From Eledone cirrhosa (lineage: Eukaryota): 64,000 bases of DNA. The DNA lies in assembly GCA_964016885.1 (NCBI GenBank), contig CAXHJY010000132.1, forward strand, positions 124,001 to 188,000, in the 5' to 3' direction. The translations under genes and the position numbers were made by a program. Shown here piece by piece: positions 37,500-52,419 of this stretch. The notes under the pieces were generated by a model that was not told the origin of the DNA, did no database searches, and saw only the letters and a program-made list of their open reading frames with translations. Every line of letters starts with the position of its first letter. Position 1 is the stretch's first letter.

Positions 37500-40400
37500 C
37501 CAAGCTATCTTTCTCTACCTTGCATTCCCTCAAAACTTCGTTCTTCACCAAGCTATCTTTCTCTACCTTGTCTTCCCTCAAAACTTCGTTCTTCACCAAA
37601 CTATCTTTCTCTACCTTGTCTTCCCTCAAAACTTCGTTCTTCACCAAGCTATCTTTCTCTATCTTGTCTTCCATCAAAACTTCGTTCTTCACCAAGCTAT
37701 CTTTCTCTACCTTGTCTTCCCTCAAAACTTCGTTCTTCACCAAGCTATCTTTCCCTACCTTTTTTTCCCCCAAAACTCCGTTCTTCACCAAACTATCTTT
37801 CTCTACCTTGTCTTCCCTCAAAACTTCGTTCTTCACCAAGCTATCTTTCTCTATCTTGTCTTCCCTCAAAACTCCGTTCTTCATCAAGCTATCGTTCTCT
37901 ACTTTGTCTTCCCTCGAAACGTCGTTCTTCACCAAGCTATCTTTCTCTACCTTGTCTTCCCTCAAAACTTCGTTCGTTCTTCACCAAGCTATCTTTCTCT
38001 ACCTTGTCGTCCCTCAAAACTTCGTTCTTCACCAAGCTATCTTTCTCTACCTTGTCTTCCCTCAAAACTTCGTTCTTGATCAAGCTATCTTTCTCTACCT
38101 TGCATTCCCTCAAAACTTCGTTCTTCACCAAGCTATCTTTCTCTACCTTGTCTTCCCTCAAAACTTCGTTCTTCACCAAGCTATCTTTCTCTACCTTGTC
38201 TTCCCTCAAAACTTCGTTCTTCACAAGCTATCCTTCTCTACCTTGTCTTCGCTCAAAACTTCGTTCTTCACCAAGCTATCTTTCTCTACCTTGTCTTCCC
38301 TCAAAACTTCGTTCTTCACCAAGCTATCTTTCTCTACTTTGTCTTCCCTCAAAACATCGTTCGTTCTTCATCAAGCTATCTTTCTCTACCTTGTCTTCCC
38401 TCAAGACTTCGTTCGTCACCAAGCTATCTTTCTCTACATTGTCTTCCCCCAAAACTTCGTTCTTCATCAAGCTATCTTTCTCTACCTTGTCTTCCCTCAA
38501 AACGTCGTTCTTCACCAAGCTATCTTTCTCTACCTTGTCTTCCCACACAACTTCGTTCTTCATCAAGCTATCTTTCTCTACCTTGTCTTCCCTCAAAACG
38601 TCGTTCTTCACCAAGCTATCTTTCTCTACCTTGTCTTCCCCCAAAACTTCGTTCTTCACCAAGCTATCTTTCTCTACCTTGTCTACCCCCAAAACTTCGT
38701 TCTTCACCAAGCTATCTTTCTCTACCTTGTCTTCCCACAAAACTTCGTTCTTCACCAAGCTATCTTTCTCTACCTTGTCTTCCCACAAAACGTCGTTCTT
38801 CACCAAGCTATCTTTCCCTACCTTGTCTTCCCTCAAAACGTCGTTCTTCACCAAGCTATCTTTCTCTACCTTGACTTCCCTCAAAACTTCGTTCTTCACC
38901 AAGCTATCTTTCTCTACCTTGTCTTCCCTCAAAACTTCGTTCTTCACCAAGCTATCTTTCTCTATCTTGTCTTCCCTCAAAACTCCGTTCTTCATCAAGC
39001 TATCGTTCTCTACTTTGTCTTCCCTCAAAACGTCGTTCTTCACCAAGCTATCTTTCTCTACCTTGTCTTCCCTCAAAACTTCGTTCGTTCTTCACCAAGC
39101 TATCTTTCTCTACCTTGTCTTCCCCCAAAACTTCGTTCTTCATCAAGCTATCGTTCTCTACTTTGTCTTCCCTCAAAACGTCGTTCTTCACCAAGCTATC
39201 TTTCTCTACCTTGTCTTCCCTCAAAACTTCGTTCGTTCTTCACCAAGCTATCTTTCTCTACCTTGTCTTCCCCCAAAACCTCGTTCTTCACAAGCTATCT
39301 TTCTCTACCTTGTCTTCCCTCAAAACTTCGTTCTTGATCAAGCTATCTTTCTCTACCTTGCATTCCCTCAAAACTTCGTTCTTCACCAAGCTATCTTTCC
39401 CTACCTTTTTTTCCCCCAAAACTCCGTTCTTCACCAAAATATCTTTCTCTACCTTGTCTTCCCTCAAAACTTCGTCTTCACCAAGCTATCTTTCTCTATC
39501 TTGTCTTCCATCAAAACTTTGTTCTTCACCAAGCTATCTTTCTCTACCTTGTCTTCCCTCAAAACTTCGTTCTTCACCAAGCTATCTTTCCCTACCTTTT
39601 TTTCCCCCAAAACTCCGTTCTTCACCAAACTATATTTCTCTACCTTGTCTTCCCTCAAAACTTCGTTCTTCACCAAGCTATCTTTCTCTATCTTGTCTTC
39701 CCTCAAAACTCCGTTCTTCATCAAGCTATCGTTCTCTACTTTGTCTTCCCTCAAAACGTCGTTCTTCACCAAGCTATCTTTCTCTACCTTGTCTTCCCTC
39801 AAAACTTCGTTCGTTCTTCACTAAGCTATCTTTCTCTACCTTGTCTTCCCCCAAAACCTCGTTCTTCACAAGCTATCTTTCTCTACCTTGTCTTCCCTCA
39901 AAACTTCGTTCTTGATCAAGCTATCTTTCTCTACCTTGCATTCCCTCAAAACTTCGTTCTTCACCAAGCTATCTTTCCCTACCTTTTTTTCCCCCAAAAC
40001 TCCGTTCTTCACCAAACTATCTTTCTCTACCTTGTCTTCCCTCAAAACTTCGTTCTTCACCAAGCTATCTTTCTCTATCTTGTCTTCCATCAAAACTTTG
40101 TTCTTCACCAGGCTATCTTTCTCTACCTTGTCTTCCCTCAAAACTTCGTTCTTCACCAAGCTATCTTTCTCTACCTTGTCTTCCCCCAAAACTTCGTTCT
40201 TCACCAAGCTATCTTTCTCTACCTTGTCTTCCCTCAAAACGTCGTTCTTCACCAAGCTATCTTTCTCTACCTTGTCTTCCCTCAAAACTTCGTTCGTTCT
40301 TCACCAAGCTATCTTTCTCTACCTTGTCTTCCCTCAAAACTTCGTTCTTCACCAAGCTATCTTTCTCTACCTTGTCTTCCCTCAAAACTTCGTTCTTGAT

Positions 40401-43400
40401 CAAGCTATCTTTCTCTACCTTGCATTCCCTCAAAACTTCGTTCTTCACCAAGCTATCTTTCTCTACCTTGTCTTCCCTCAAAACTTCGTTCTTCACCAAG
40501 CTATCTTTCTCTACCTTGTCTTCCCTCAAAACTTCGTTCTTCACAAGCTATCCTTCTCTACCTTGTCTTCGCTCAAAACTTCGTTCTTCACCAAGCTATC
40601 TTTCTCTACCTTGTCTTCCCTCAAAACTTCGTTCTTCACCAAGCTATCTTTCTCTACTTTGTCTTCCCTCAAAACATCGTTCGTTCTTCATCAAGCTATC
40701 TTTCTCTACCTTGTCTTCCCTCAAGACTTCGTTCGTCACCAAGCTATCTTTCTCTACATTGTCTTCCCCCAAAACTTCGTTCTTCACCAAGCTATCTTTC
40801 TCTACCTTGTCTTCCCTCAAAACTTCGTTCTTCACCAAGCTATCTTTCTCTATCTTGTCTTCCATCAAAACTTTGTTCTTCACCAAGCTATCTTTCTCTA
40901 CCTTGTCTTCCCTCAAAACTTCGTTCTTCACCAAGCTATCTTTCCCTACCATTTTTTCCCCCAAAACTCCGTTCTTCACCAAACTATATTTCTCTACCTT
41001 GTCTTCCCTCAAAACTTCGTTCTTCACCAAGCTATCTTTCTCTACCTTGTCTTCCCTCAAAACTTCGTTCGTTCTTCACCAAGCTATCTTTCTCTACCTT
41101 GTCTTCCCTCAAAACTTCGTTCTTCACCAAGCTATCTTTCTCTACCTTGTCTTCCCTCAAAACTTCGTTCTTGATCAAGCTATCTTTCTCTACCTTGCAT
41201 TCCCTCAAAACTTCGTTCTTCACCAAGCTATCTTTCTCTACCTTGTCTTCCCTCAAAACTTCGTTCTTCACCAAACTATCTTTCTCTACCTTGTCTTCCC
41301 TCAAAACTTCGTTCTTCACCAAGCTATCTTTCTCTATCTTGTCTTCCATCAAAACTTCGTTCTTCACCAAGCTATCTTTCTCTACCTTGTCTTCCCTCAA
41401 AACTTCGTTCTTCACCAAGCTATCTTTCCCTACCTTTTTTTCCCCCAAAACTCCGTTCTTCACCAAACTATCTTTCTCTACCTTGTCTTCCCTCAAAACT
41501 TCGTTCTTCACCAAGCTATCTTTCTCTATCTTGTCTTCCCTCAAAACTCCGTTCTTCATCAAGCTATCGTTCTCTACTTTGTCTTCCCTCGAAACGTCGT
41601 TCTTCACCAAGCTATCTTTCTCTACCTTGTCTTCCCTCAAAACTTCGTTCGTTCTTCACCAAGCTATCTTTCTCTACCTTGTCTTCCCTCAAAACTTCGT
41701 TCTTCACCAAGCTATCTTTCTCTACCTTGTCTTCCCCCAAAACCTCGTTCTTCACAAGCTATCTTTCTCTACCTTGTCTTCCCTCAAAACTTCGTTCTTG
41801 ATCAAGCTATCTTTCTCTACCTTGCATTCCCTCAAAACTTCGTTCTTCACCAAGCTATCTTTCCCTACCTTTTTTTCCCCCAAAACTCCGTTCTTCACCA
41901 AACTATCTTTCTCTACCTTGTCTTCCCTCAAAACTTCGTTCTTCACCAAGCTATCTTTCTCTATCTTGTCTTCCATCAAAACTTCGTTCTTCACCAAGCT
42001 ATCTTTCTCTACCTTGTCTTCCCTCAAAACTTCGTTCTTCACCAAGCTATCTTTCCCTACCTTTTTTTCCCCCAAAACTCCGTTCTTCACCAAACTATAT
42101 TTCTCTACCTTGTCTTCCCTCAAAACTTCGTTCTTCACCAAGCTATCTTTCTCTATCTTGTCTTCCCTCAAAACTCCGTTCTTCATCAAGCTATCGTTCT
42201 CTACTTTGTCTTCCCTCGAAACGTCGTTCTTCACCAAGCTATCTTTCTCTACCTTGTCTTCCCTCAAAACTTCGTTCGTTCTTCACCAAGCTATCTTTCT
42301 CTACCTTGTCTTCCCTCAAAACTTCGTTCTTCACCAAGCTATCTTTCTCTACCTTGTCTTCCCTCAAAACTTCGTTCTTGATCAATCTATCTTTCTCTAC
42401 CTTGCATTCCCTCAAAACTTCGTTCTTCACCAAGCTATCTTTCTCTACCTTGTCTTCCCTCAAAACTTCGTTCTTCACCAAACTATCTTTCTCTACCTTG
42501 TCTTCCCTCAAAACTTCGTTCTTCACCAAGCTATCTTTCTCTATCTTGTCTTCCATCAAAACTTCGTTCTTCACCAAGCTATCTTTCTCTACCTTGTCTT
42601 CCCTCAAAACTTCGTTCTTCACCAAGCTATCTTTCCCTACCTTTTTTTCCCCCAAAACTCCGTTCTTCACCAAACTATCTTTCTCTACCTTGTCTTCCCT
42701 CAAAACTTCGTTCTTCACCAAGCTATCTTTCTCTATCTTGTCTTCCCTCAAAACTCCGTTCTTCATCAAGCTATCGTTCTCTACTTTGTCTTCCCTCGAA
42801 ACGTCGTTCTTCACCAAGCTATCTTTCTCTACCTTGTCTTCCCTCAAAACTTCGTTCGTTCTTCACCAAGCTATCTTTCTCTACCTTGTCTTCCCTCAAA
42901 ACTTCGTTCTTCACCAAGCTATCTTTCTCTACCTTGTCTTCCCTCAAAACTTCGTTCTTGATCAAGCTATCTTTCTCTACCTTGCATTCCCTCAAAACTT
43001 CGTTCTTCACCAAGCTATCTTTCTCTACCTTGTCTTCCCTCAAAACTTCGTTCTTCACCAAGCTATCTTTCTCTACCTTGTCTTCCCTCAAAACTTCGTT
43101 CTTCACAAGCTATCCTTCTCTACCTTGTCTTCGCTCAAAACTTCGTTCTTCACCAAGCTATCTTTCTCTACCTTGTCTTCCCTCAAAACTTCGTTCTTCA
43201 CCAAGCTATCTTTCTCTACTTTGTCTTCCCTCAAAACATCGTTCGTTCTTCATCAAGCTATCTTTCTCTACCTTGTCTTCCCTCAAGACTTCGTTCGTCA
43301 CCAAGCTATCTTTCTCTACATTGTCTTCCCCCAAAACTTCGTTCTTCATCAAGCTATCTTTCTCTACCTTGTCTTCCCTCAAAACGTCGTTCTTCACCAA

Positions 43401-46400
43401 GCTATCTTTCTCTACCTTGTCTTCCCACACAACTTCGTTCTTCATCAAGCTATCTTTCTCTACCTTGTCTTCCCTCAAAACGTCGTTCTTCACCAAGCTA
43501 TCTTTCTCTACCTTGTCTTCCCCCAAAACTTCGTTCTTCACCAAGCTATCTTTCTCTACCTTGTCTACCCCCAAAACTTCGTTCTTCACCAAGCTATCTT
43601 TCTCTACCTTGTCTTCCCACAAAACTTCGTTCTTCACCAAGCTATCTTTCTCTACCTTGTCTTCCCACAAAACGTCGTTCTTCACCAAGCTATCTTTCCC
43701 TACCTTGTCTTCCCTCAAAACGTCGTTCTTCACCAAGCTATCTTTCTCTACCTTGACTTCCCTCAAAACTTCGTTCTTCACCAAGCTATCTTTCTCTACC
43801 TTGTCTTCCCTCAAAACTTCGTTCTTCACCAAGCTATCTTTCTCTATCTTGTCTTCCCTCAAAACTCCGTTCTTCATCAAGCTATCGTTCTCTACTTTGT
43901 CTTCCCTCAAAACGTCGTTCTTCACCAAGCTATCTTTCTCTACCTTGTCTTCCCTCAAAACTTCGTTCGTTCTTCACCAAGCTATCTTTCTCTACCTTGT
44001 CTTCCCCCAAAACTTCGTTCTTCATCAAGCTATCGTTCTCTACTTTGTCTTCCCTCAAAACGTCGTTCTTCACCAAGCTATCTTTCTCTACCTTGTCTTC
44101 CCTCAAAACTTCGTTCGTTCTTCACCAAGCTATCTTTCTCTACCTTGTCTTCCCCCAAAACCTCGTTCTTCACAAGCTATCTTTCTCTACCTTGTCTTCC
44201 CTCAAAACTTCGTTCTTGATCAAGCTATCTTTCTCTACCTTGCATTCCCTCAAAACTTCGTTCTTCACCAAGCTATCTTTCCCTACCTTTTTTTCCCCCA
44301 AAACTCCGTTCTTCACCAAACTATCTTTCTCTACCTTGTCTTCCCTCAAAACTTCGTCTTCACCAAGCTATCTTTCTCTATCTTGTCTTCCATCAAAACT
44401 TTGTTCTTCACCAAGCTATCTTTCTCTACCTTGTCTTCCCTCAAAACTTCGTTCTTCACCAAGCTATCTTTCCCTACCTTTTTTTCCCCCAAAACTCCGT
44501 TCTTCACCAAACTATATTTCTCTACCTTGTCTTCCCTCAAAACTTCGTTCTTCACCAAGCTATCTTTCTCTATCTTGTCTTCCCTCAAAACTCCGTTCTT
44601 CATCAAGCTATCGTTCTCTACTTTGTCTTCCCTCAAAACGTCGTTCTTCACCAAGCTATCTTTCTCTACCTTGTCTTCCCTCAAAACTTCGTTCGTTCTT
44701 CACTAAGCTATCTTTCTCTACCTTGTCTTCCCCCAAAACCTCGTTCTTCACAAGCTATCTTTCTCTACCTTGTCTTCCCTCAAAACTTCGTTCTTGATCA
44801 AGCTATCTTTCTCTACCTTGCATTCCCTCAAAACTTCGTTCTTCACCAAGCTATCTTTCCCTACCTTTTTTTCCCCCAAAACTCCGTTCTTCACCAAACT
44901 ATCTTTCTCTACCTTGTCTTCCCTCAAAACTTCGTTCTTCACCAAGCTATCTTTCTCTATCTTGTCTTCCATCAAAACTTTGTTCTTCACCAGGCTATCT
45001 TTCTCTACCTTGTCTTCCCTCAAAACTTCGTTCTTCACCAAGCTATCTTTCTCTACCTTGTCTTCCCCCAAAACTTCGTTCTTCACCAAGCTATCTTTCT
45101 CTACCTTGTCTTCCCTCAAAACGTCGTTCTTCACCAAGCTATCTTTCTCTACCTTGTCTTCCCTCAAAACTTCGTTCGTTCTTCACCAAGCTATCTTTCT
45201 CTACCTTGTCTTCCCTCAAAACTTCGTTCTTCACCAAGCTATCTTTCTCTACCTTGTCTTCCCTCAAAACTTCGTTCTTGATCAAGCTATCTTTCTCTAC
45301 CTTGCATTCCCTCAAAACTTCGTTCTTCACCAAGCTATCTTTCTCTACCTTGTCTTCCCTCAAAACTTCGTTCTTCACCAAGCTATCTTTCTCTACCTTG
45401 TCTTCCCTCAAAACTTCGTTCTTCACAAGCTATCCTTCTCTACCTTGTCTTCGCTCAAAACTTCGTTCTTCACCAAGCTATCTTTCTCTACCTTGTCTTC
45501 CCTCAAAACTTCGTTCTTCACCAAGCTATCTTTCTCTACTTTGTCTTCCCTCAAAACATCGTTCGTTCTTCATCAAGCTATCTTTCTCTACCTTGTCTTC
45601 CCTCAAGACTTCGTTCGTCACCAAGCTATCTTTCTCTACATTGTCTTCCCCCAAAACTTCGTTCTTCACCAAGCTATCTTTCTCTACCTTGTCTTCCCTC
45701 AAAACTTCGTTCTTCACCAAGCTATCTTTCTCTATCTTGTCTTCCATCAAAACTTTGTTCTTCACCAAGCTATCTTTCTCTACCTTGTCTTCCCTCAAAA
45801 CTTCGTTCTTCACCAAGCTATCTTTCCCTACCATTTTTTCCCCCAAAACTCCGTTCTTCACCAAACTATATTTCTCTACCTTGTCTTCCCTCAAAACTTC
45901 GTTCTTCACCAAGCTATCTTTCTCTACCTTGTCTTCCCTCAAAACTTCGTTCGTTCTTCACCAAGCTATCTTTCTCTACCTTGTCTTCCCTCAAAACTTC
46001 GTTCTTCACCAAGCTATCTTTCTCTACCTTGTCTTCCCTCAAAACTTCGTTCTTGATCAAGCTATCTTTCTCTACCTTGCATTCCCTCAAAACTTCGTTC
46101 TTCACCAAGCTATCTTTCTCTACCTTGTCTTCCCTCAAAACTTCGTTCTTCACCAAACTATCTTTCTCTACCTTGTCTTCCCTCAAAACTTCGTTCTTCA
46201 CCAAGCTATCTTTCTCTATCTTGTCTTCCATCAAAACTTCGTTCTTCACCAAGCTATCTTTCTCTACCTTGTCTTCCCTCAAAACTTCGTTCTTCACCAA
46301 GCTATCTTTCCCTACCTTTTTTTCCCCCAAAACTCCGTTCTTCACCAAACTATCTTTCTCTACCTTGTCTTCCCTCAAAACTTCGTTCTTCACCAAGCTA

Positions 46401-46450
46401 TCTTTCTCTATCTTGTCTTCCCTCAAAACTCCGTTCTTCATCAAGCTATC
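37500..46450. repeat. Higher-order duplication, offset 4882 bp
   Basis: ORF pairs 38324/43206, 39115/43997, 39464/44346, 39866/44748, 40257/45139, 40644/45526 and 41032/45914. A private 1-bp deletion (CTTCGTCTTC) is shared at about 39470 and 44352. Confidence 0.92.
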
Positions 46451-48290
46451 GTTCTCTACTTTGTCTTCCCTCAAAACGTCGTTCTTCACCAAGCTATCTT
46501 TCTCTACCTTGTCTTCCCTCAAAACTTCGTTCGTTCTTCACTAAGCTATCTTTCTCTACCTTGTCTTCCCCCAAAACCTCGTTCTTCACAAGCTATCTTT
46601 CTCTACCTTGTCTTCCCTCAAAACTTCGTTCTTGATCAAGCTATCTTTCTCTACCTTGCATTCCCTCAAAACTTCGTTCTTCACCAAGCTATCTTTCCCT
46701 ACCTTTTTTTCCCCCAAAACTCCGTTCTTCACCAAACTATCTTTCTCTACCTTGTCTTCCCTCAAAACTTCGTTCTTCACCAAGCTATCTTTCTCTATCT
46801 TGTCTTCCATCAAAACTTTGTTCTTCACCAGGCTATCTTTCTCTACCTTGTCTTCCCTCAAAACTTCGTTCTTCACCAAGCTATCTTTCTCTACCTTGTC
46901 TTCCCCCAAAACTTCGTTCTTCACCAAGCTATCTTTCTCTACCTTGTCTTCCCTCAAAACGTCGTTCTTCACCAAGCTATCTTTCTCTACCTTGTCTTCC
47001 CTCAAAACTTCGTTCGTTCTTCACCAAGCTATCTTTCTCTACCTTGTCTTCCCTCAAAACTTCGTTCTTCACCAAGCTATCTTTCTCTACCTTGTCTTCC
47101 CTCAAAACTTCGTTCTTGATCAAGCTATCTTTCTCTACCTTGCATTCCCTCAAAACTTCGTTCTTCACCAAGCTATCTTTCTCTACCTTGTCTTCCCTCA
47201 AAACTTCGTTCTTCACCAAGCTATCTTTCTCTACCTTGTCTTCCCTCAAAACTTCGTTCTTCACAAGCTATCCTTCTCTACCTTGTCTTCGCTCAAAACT
47301 TCGTTCTTCACCAAGCTATCTTTCTCTACCTTGTCTTCCCTCAAAACTTCGTTCTTCACCAAGCTATCTTTCTCTACTTTGTCTTCCCTCAAAACATCGT
47401 TCGTTCTTCATCAAGCTATCTTTCTCTACCTTGTCTTCCCTCAAGACTTCGTTCGTCACCAAGCTATCTTTCTCTACATTGTCTTCCCCCAAAACTTCGT
47501 TCTTCACCAAGCTATCTTTCTCTACCTTGTCTTCCCTCAAAACTTCGTTCTTCACCAAGCTATCTTTCTCTATCTTGTCTTCCATCAAAACTTTGTTCTT
47601 CACCAAGCTATCTTTCTCTACCTTGTCTTCCCTCAAAACTTCGTTCTTCACCAAGCTATCTTTCCCTACCATTTTTTCCCCCAAAACTCCGTTCTTCACC
47701 AAACTATATTTCTCTACCTTGTCTTCCCTCAAAACTTCGTTCTTCACCAAGCTATCTTTCTCTACCTTGTCTTCCCTCAAAACTTCGTTCGTTCTTCACC
47801 AAGCTATCTTTCTCTACCTTGTCTTCCCTCAAAACTTCGTTCTTCACCAAGCTATCTTTCTCTACCTTGTCTTCCCTCAAAACTTCGTTCTTGATCAAGC
47901 TATCTTTCTCTACCTTGCATTCCCTCAAAACTTCGTTCTTCACCAAGCTATCTTTCTCTACCTTGTCTTCCCTCAAAACTTCGTTCTTCACCAAACTATC
48001 TTTCTCTACCTTGTCTTCCCTCAAAACTTCGTTCTTCACCAAGCTATCTTTCTCTATCTTGTCTTCCATCAAAACTTCGTTCTTCACCAAGCTATCTTTC
48101 TCTACCTTGTCTTCCCTCAAAACTTCGTTCTTCACCAAGCTATCTTTCCCTACCTTTTTTTCCCCCAAAACTCCGTTCTTCACCAAACTATCTTTCTCTA
48201 CCTTGTCTACCCTCAAAACTTCGTTCTTCACCAAGCTATCTTTCTCTATCTTGTCTTCCCTCAAAACTCCGTTCTTCATCAAGCTATCGT
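44600..48290. repeat. Tandem duplication of 1838 bp (38 monomers) overlapping the second 4882-bp copy
   Basis: ORF pairs 44748/46586, 45139/46977, 45526/47364 and 45914/47752. The private marker CCTACCATTTTTT occurs at about 40945, 45827 and 47665. Confidence 0.9.
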
Positions 48291-51200
48291 TCTCTACTTT
48301 GTCTTCCCTCGAAACGTCGTTCTTCACCAAGCTATCTTTCTCTACCTTGTCTTCCCTCAAAACTTCGTTCGTTCTTCACCAAGCTATCTTTCTCTACCTT
48401 GTCTTCCCTCAAAACTTCGTTCTTCACCAAGCTATCTTTCTCTACCTTGTCTTCCCTCAAAACTTCGTTCTTGATCAAGCTATCTTTCTCTACCTTGCAT
48501 TCCCTCAAAACTTCGTTCTTCACCAAGCTATCTTTCTCTACCTTGTCTTCCCTCAAAACTTCGTTCTTCACCAAGCTATCTTTCTCTACCTTGTCTTCCC
48601 TCAAAACTTCGTTCTTCACAAGCTATCCTTCTCTACCTTGTCTTCGCTCAAAACTTCGTTCTTCACCAAGCTATCTTTCTCTACCTTGTCTTCCCTCAAA
48701 ACTTCGTTCTTCACCAAGCTATCTTTCTCTACTTTGTCTTCCCTCAAAACATCGTTCGTTCTTCATCAAGCTATCTTTCTCTACCTTGTCTTCCCTCAAG
48801 ACTTCGTTCGTCACCAAGCTATCTTTCTCTACATTGTCTTCCCCCAAAACTTCGTTCTTCATCAAGCTATCTTTCTCTACCTTGTCTTCCCTCAAAACGT
48901 CGTTCTTCACCAAGCTATCTTTCTCTACCTTGTCTTCCCACACAACTTCGTTCTTCATCAAGCTATCTTTCTCTACCTTGTCTTCCCTCAAAACGTCGTT
49001 CTTCACCAAGTTATCTTTCTCTACCTTGTCTTCCCCCAAAACTTCGTTCTTCACCAAGCTATCTTTCTCTACCTTGTCTACCCCCAAAACTTCGTTCTTC
49101 ACCAAGCTATCTTTCTCTACCTTGTCTTCCCACAAAACTTCGTTCTTCACCAAGCTATCTTTCTCTACCTTGTCTTCCCACAAAACGTCGTTCTTCACCA
49201 AGCTATCTTTCCCTACCTTGTCTTCCCTCAAAACGTCGTTCTTCACCAAGCTATCTTTCTCTACCTTGACTTCCGTCAAAACTTCGTTCTTCACCAAGCT
49301 ATCTTTCTCTACCTTGTCTTCCCTCAAAACTTCGTTCTTCACCAAGCTATCTTTCTCTATCTTGTCTTCCCTCAAAACTCCGTTCTTCATCAAGCTATCG
49401 TTCTCTACTTTGTCTTCCCTCAAAACGTCGTTCTTCACCAAGCTATCTTTCTCTACCTTGTCTTCCCTCAAAACTTCGTTCGTTCTTCACCAAGCTATCT
49501 TTCTCTACCTTGTCTTCCCCCAAAACTTCGTTCTTCACAAGCTATCCTTCTCTACCTTGTCTTCCCTCAAAACTTCGTTCTTCACCAAGCTATCTTTCTC
49601 TACCTTGTCTTCCCTCAAAACTTCGTTCTTGATCAAGCTATCTTTCTCTACCTTGCATTCCCTCAAAACTTCGTTCTTCACCAAGCTATCTTTCTCTACC
49701 TTGTCTTCCCTCAAAACTTCGTTCTTCACCAAGCTATCTTTCTCTACCTTGTCTTCCCTCAAAACTTCGTTCTTCACAAGCTATCCTTCTCTACCTTGTC
49801 TTCGCTCAAAACTTCGTTCTTCACCAAGCTATCTTTCTCTACCTCGTCTTCCCTCAAAACTTCGTTCTTCACCAAGCTATCTTTCTCTACTTTGTCTTCC
49901 CTCAAAACATCGTTCGTTCGTCACCAAGCTATCTTTCTCTACATTGTCTTCCCCCAAAACTTCGTTCTTCATCAAGCTATCTTTCTCTACCTTGTCTTCC
50001 CTCAAAACGTCGTTCTTCACCAAGCTATCTTTCTCTACCTTGTCTTCCCACACAACTTCGTTCTTCATCAAGCTATCTTTCTCTACCTTGTCTTCCCTCA
50101 AAACGTCGTTCTTCACCAAGCTATCTTTCTCTACCTTGTCTTCCCCCAAAACTTCGTTCTTCACCAAGCTATCTTTCTCTACCTTGTCTACCCCCAAAAC
50201 TTCGTTCTTCACCAAGCTATCTTTCTCTACCTTGTCTTCCCACAAAACTTCGTTCTTCACCAAGCTATCTTTCTCTACCTTGTCTTCCCACAAAACGTCG
50301 TTCTTCACCAAGCTATCTTTCCCTACCTTGTCTTCCCTCAAAACGTCGTTCTTCACCAAGCTATCTTTCTCTACCTTGACTTCCCTCAAAACTTCGTTCT
50401 TCACCAAGCTATCTTTCTCTACCTTGTCTTCCCTCAAAACTTCGTTCTTCACCAAGCTATCTTTCTCTATCTTGTCTTCCCTCAAAACTCCGTTCTTCAT
50501 CAAGCTATCGTTCTCTACTTTGTCTTCCCTCAAAACGTCGTTCTTCACCAAGCTATCTTTCTCTACCTTGTCTTCCCTCAAAACTTCGTTCGTTCTTCAC
50601 CAAGCTATCTTTCTCTACCTTGTCTTCCCCCAAAACTTCGTTCTTCATCAAGCTATCGTTCTCTACTTTGTCTTCCCTCAAAACGTCGTTCTTCACCAAG
50701 CTATCTTTCTCTACCTTGTCTTCCCTCAAAACTTCGTTCGTTCGTCACCAAGCTATCTTTCTCTACCTTGTCTTCCCCCAAAACTTCGTTCTTCACAAGC
50801 TATCTTTCTCTACCTTGTCTTCCCTCAAAACTTCGTTCTTGATCAAGCTATCTTTCTCTACCTTGCATTCCCTCAAAACTTCGTTCTTCACCAAGCTATC
50901 TTTCCCTACCTTTTTTTCCCCCAAAACTCCGTTCTTCACCAAACTATCTTTCTCTACCTTGTCTTCCCTCAAAACTTCGTTCTTCACCAAGCTATCTTTC
51001 TCTATCTTGTCTTCCATCAAAACTTCGTTCTTCACCAAGCTATCTTTCTCTACCTTGTCTTCCCTCAAAACTTCGTTCTTCACCAAGCTATCTTTCCCTA
51101 CCTTTTTTTCCCCCAAAACTCCGTTCTTCACCAAACTATCTTTCTCTACCTTGTCTTCCCTCAAAACTTCGTTCTTCACCAAGCTATCTTTCTCTATCTT

Positions 51201-52419
51201 GTCTTCCCTCAAAACTCCGTTCTTCATCAAGCTATCGTTCTCTACTTTGTCTTCCCTCGAAACGTCGTTCTTCACCAAGCTATCTTTCTCTACCTTGTCT
51301 TCCCTCAAAACTTCGTTCGTTCTTCACCAAGCTATCTTTCTCTACCTTGTCTTCCCTCAAAACTTCGTTCTTCACCAAGCTATCTTTCTCTACCTTGTCT
51401 TCCCTCAAAACTTCGTTCTTGATCAAGCTATCTTTCTCTACCTTGCATTCCCTCAAAACTTCGTTCTTCACCAAGCTATCTTTCTCTACCTTCTCTTCCC
51501 TCAAAACTTCGTTCTTCACCAAGCTATCTTTCTCTACCTTGTCTTCCCTCAAAACTTCGTTCTTCACAAGCTATCCTTCTCTACCTTGTCTTCGCTCAAA
51601 ACTTCGTTCTTCACCAAGCTATCTTTCTCTACCTTGTCTTCCCTCAAAACTTCGTTCTTCACCAAGCTATCTTTCTCTACTTTGTCTTCCCTCAAAACAT
51701 CGTTCGTTCTTCATCAAGCTATCTTTCTCTACCTTGTCTTCCCTCAAGACTTCGTTCGTCACCAAGCTATCTTTCTCTACATTGTCTTCCCCCAAAACTT
51801 CGTTCTTCATCAAGCTATCTTTCTCTACCTTGTCTTCCCTCAAAACGTCGTTCTTCACCAAGCTATCTTTCTCTACCTTGTCTTCCCACACAACTTCGTT
51901 CTTCATCAAGCTATCTTTCTCTACCTTGTCTTCCCTCAAAACGTCGTTGTTCACCAAGCTATCTTTCTCTACCTTGTCTTCCCCCAAAACTTCGTTCTTC
52001 ACCAAGCTATCTTTCTCTACCTTGTCTACCCCCAAAACTTCGTTCTTCACCAAGCTATCTTTCTCTACCTTGTCTTCCCACAAAACTTCGTTCTTCACCA
52101 AGCTTTCTTTCTCTACCTTGTCTTCCCACAAAACGTCGTTCTTCACCAAGCTATCTTTCCCTACCTTGTCTTCCCTCAAAACGTCGTTCTTCACCAAGCT
52201 ATCTTTCTCTACCTTGACTTCCGTCAAAACTTCGTTCTTCACCAAGCTATCTTTCTCTACCTTGTCTTCCCTCAAAACTTCGTTCTTCACCAAGCTATCT
52301 TTCTCTATCTTGTCTTCCCTCAAAACTCCGTTCTTCATCAAGCTATCGTTCTCTACTTTGTCTTCCCTCAAAACGTCGTTCTTCACCAAGCTATCTTTCT
52401 CTACCTTGTCTTCCCTCAA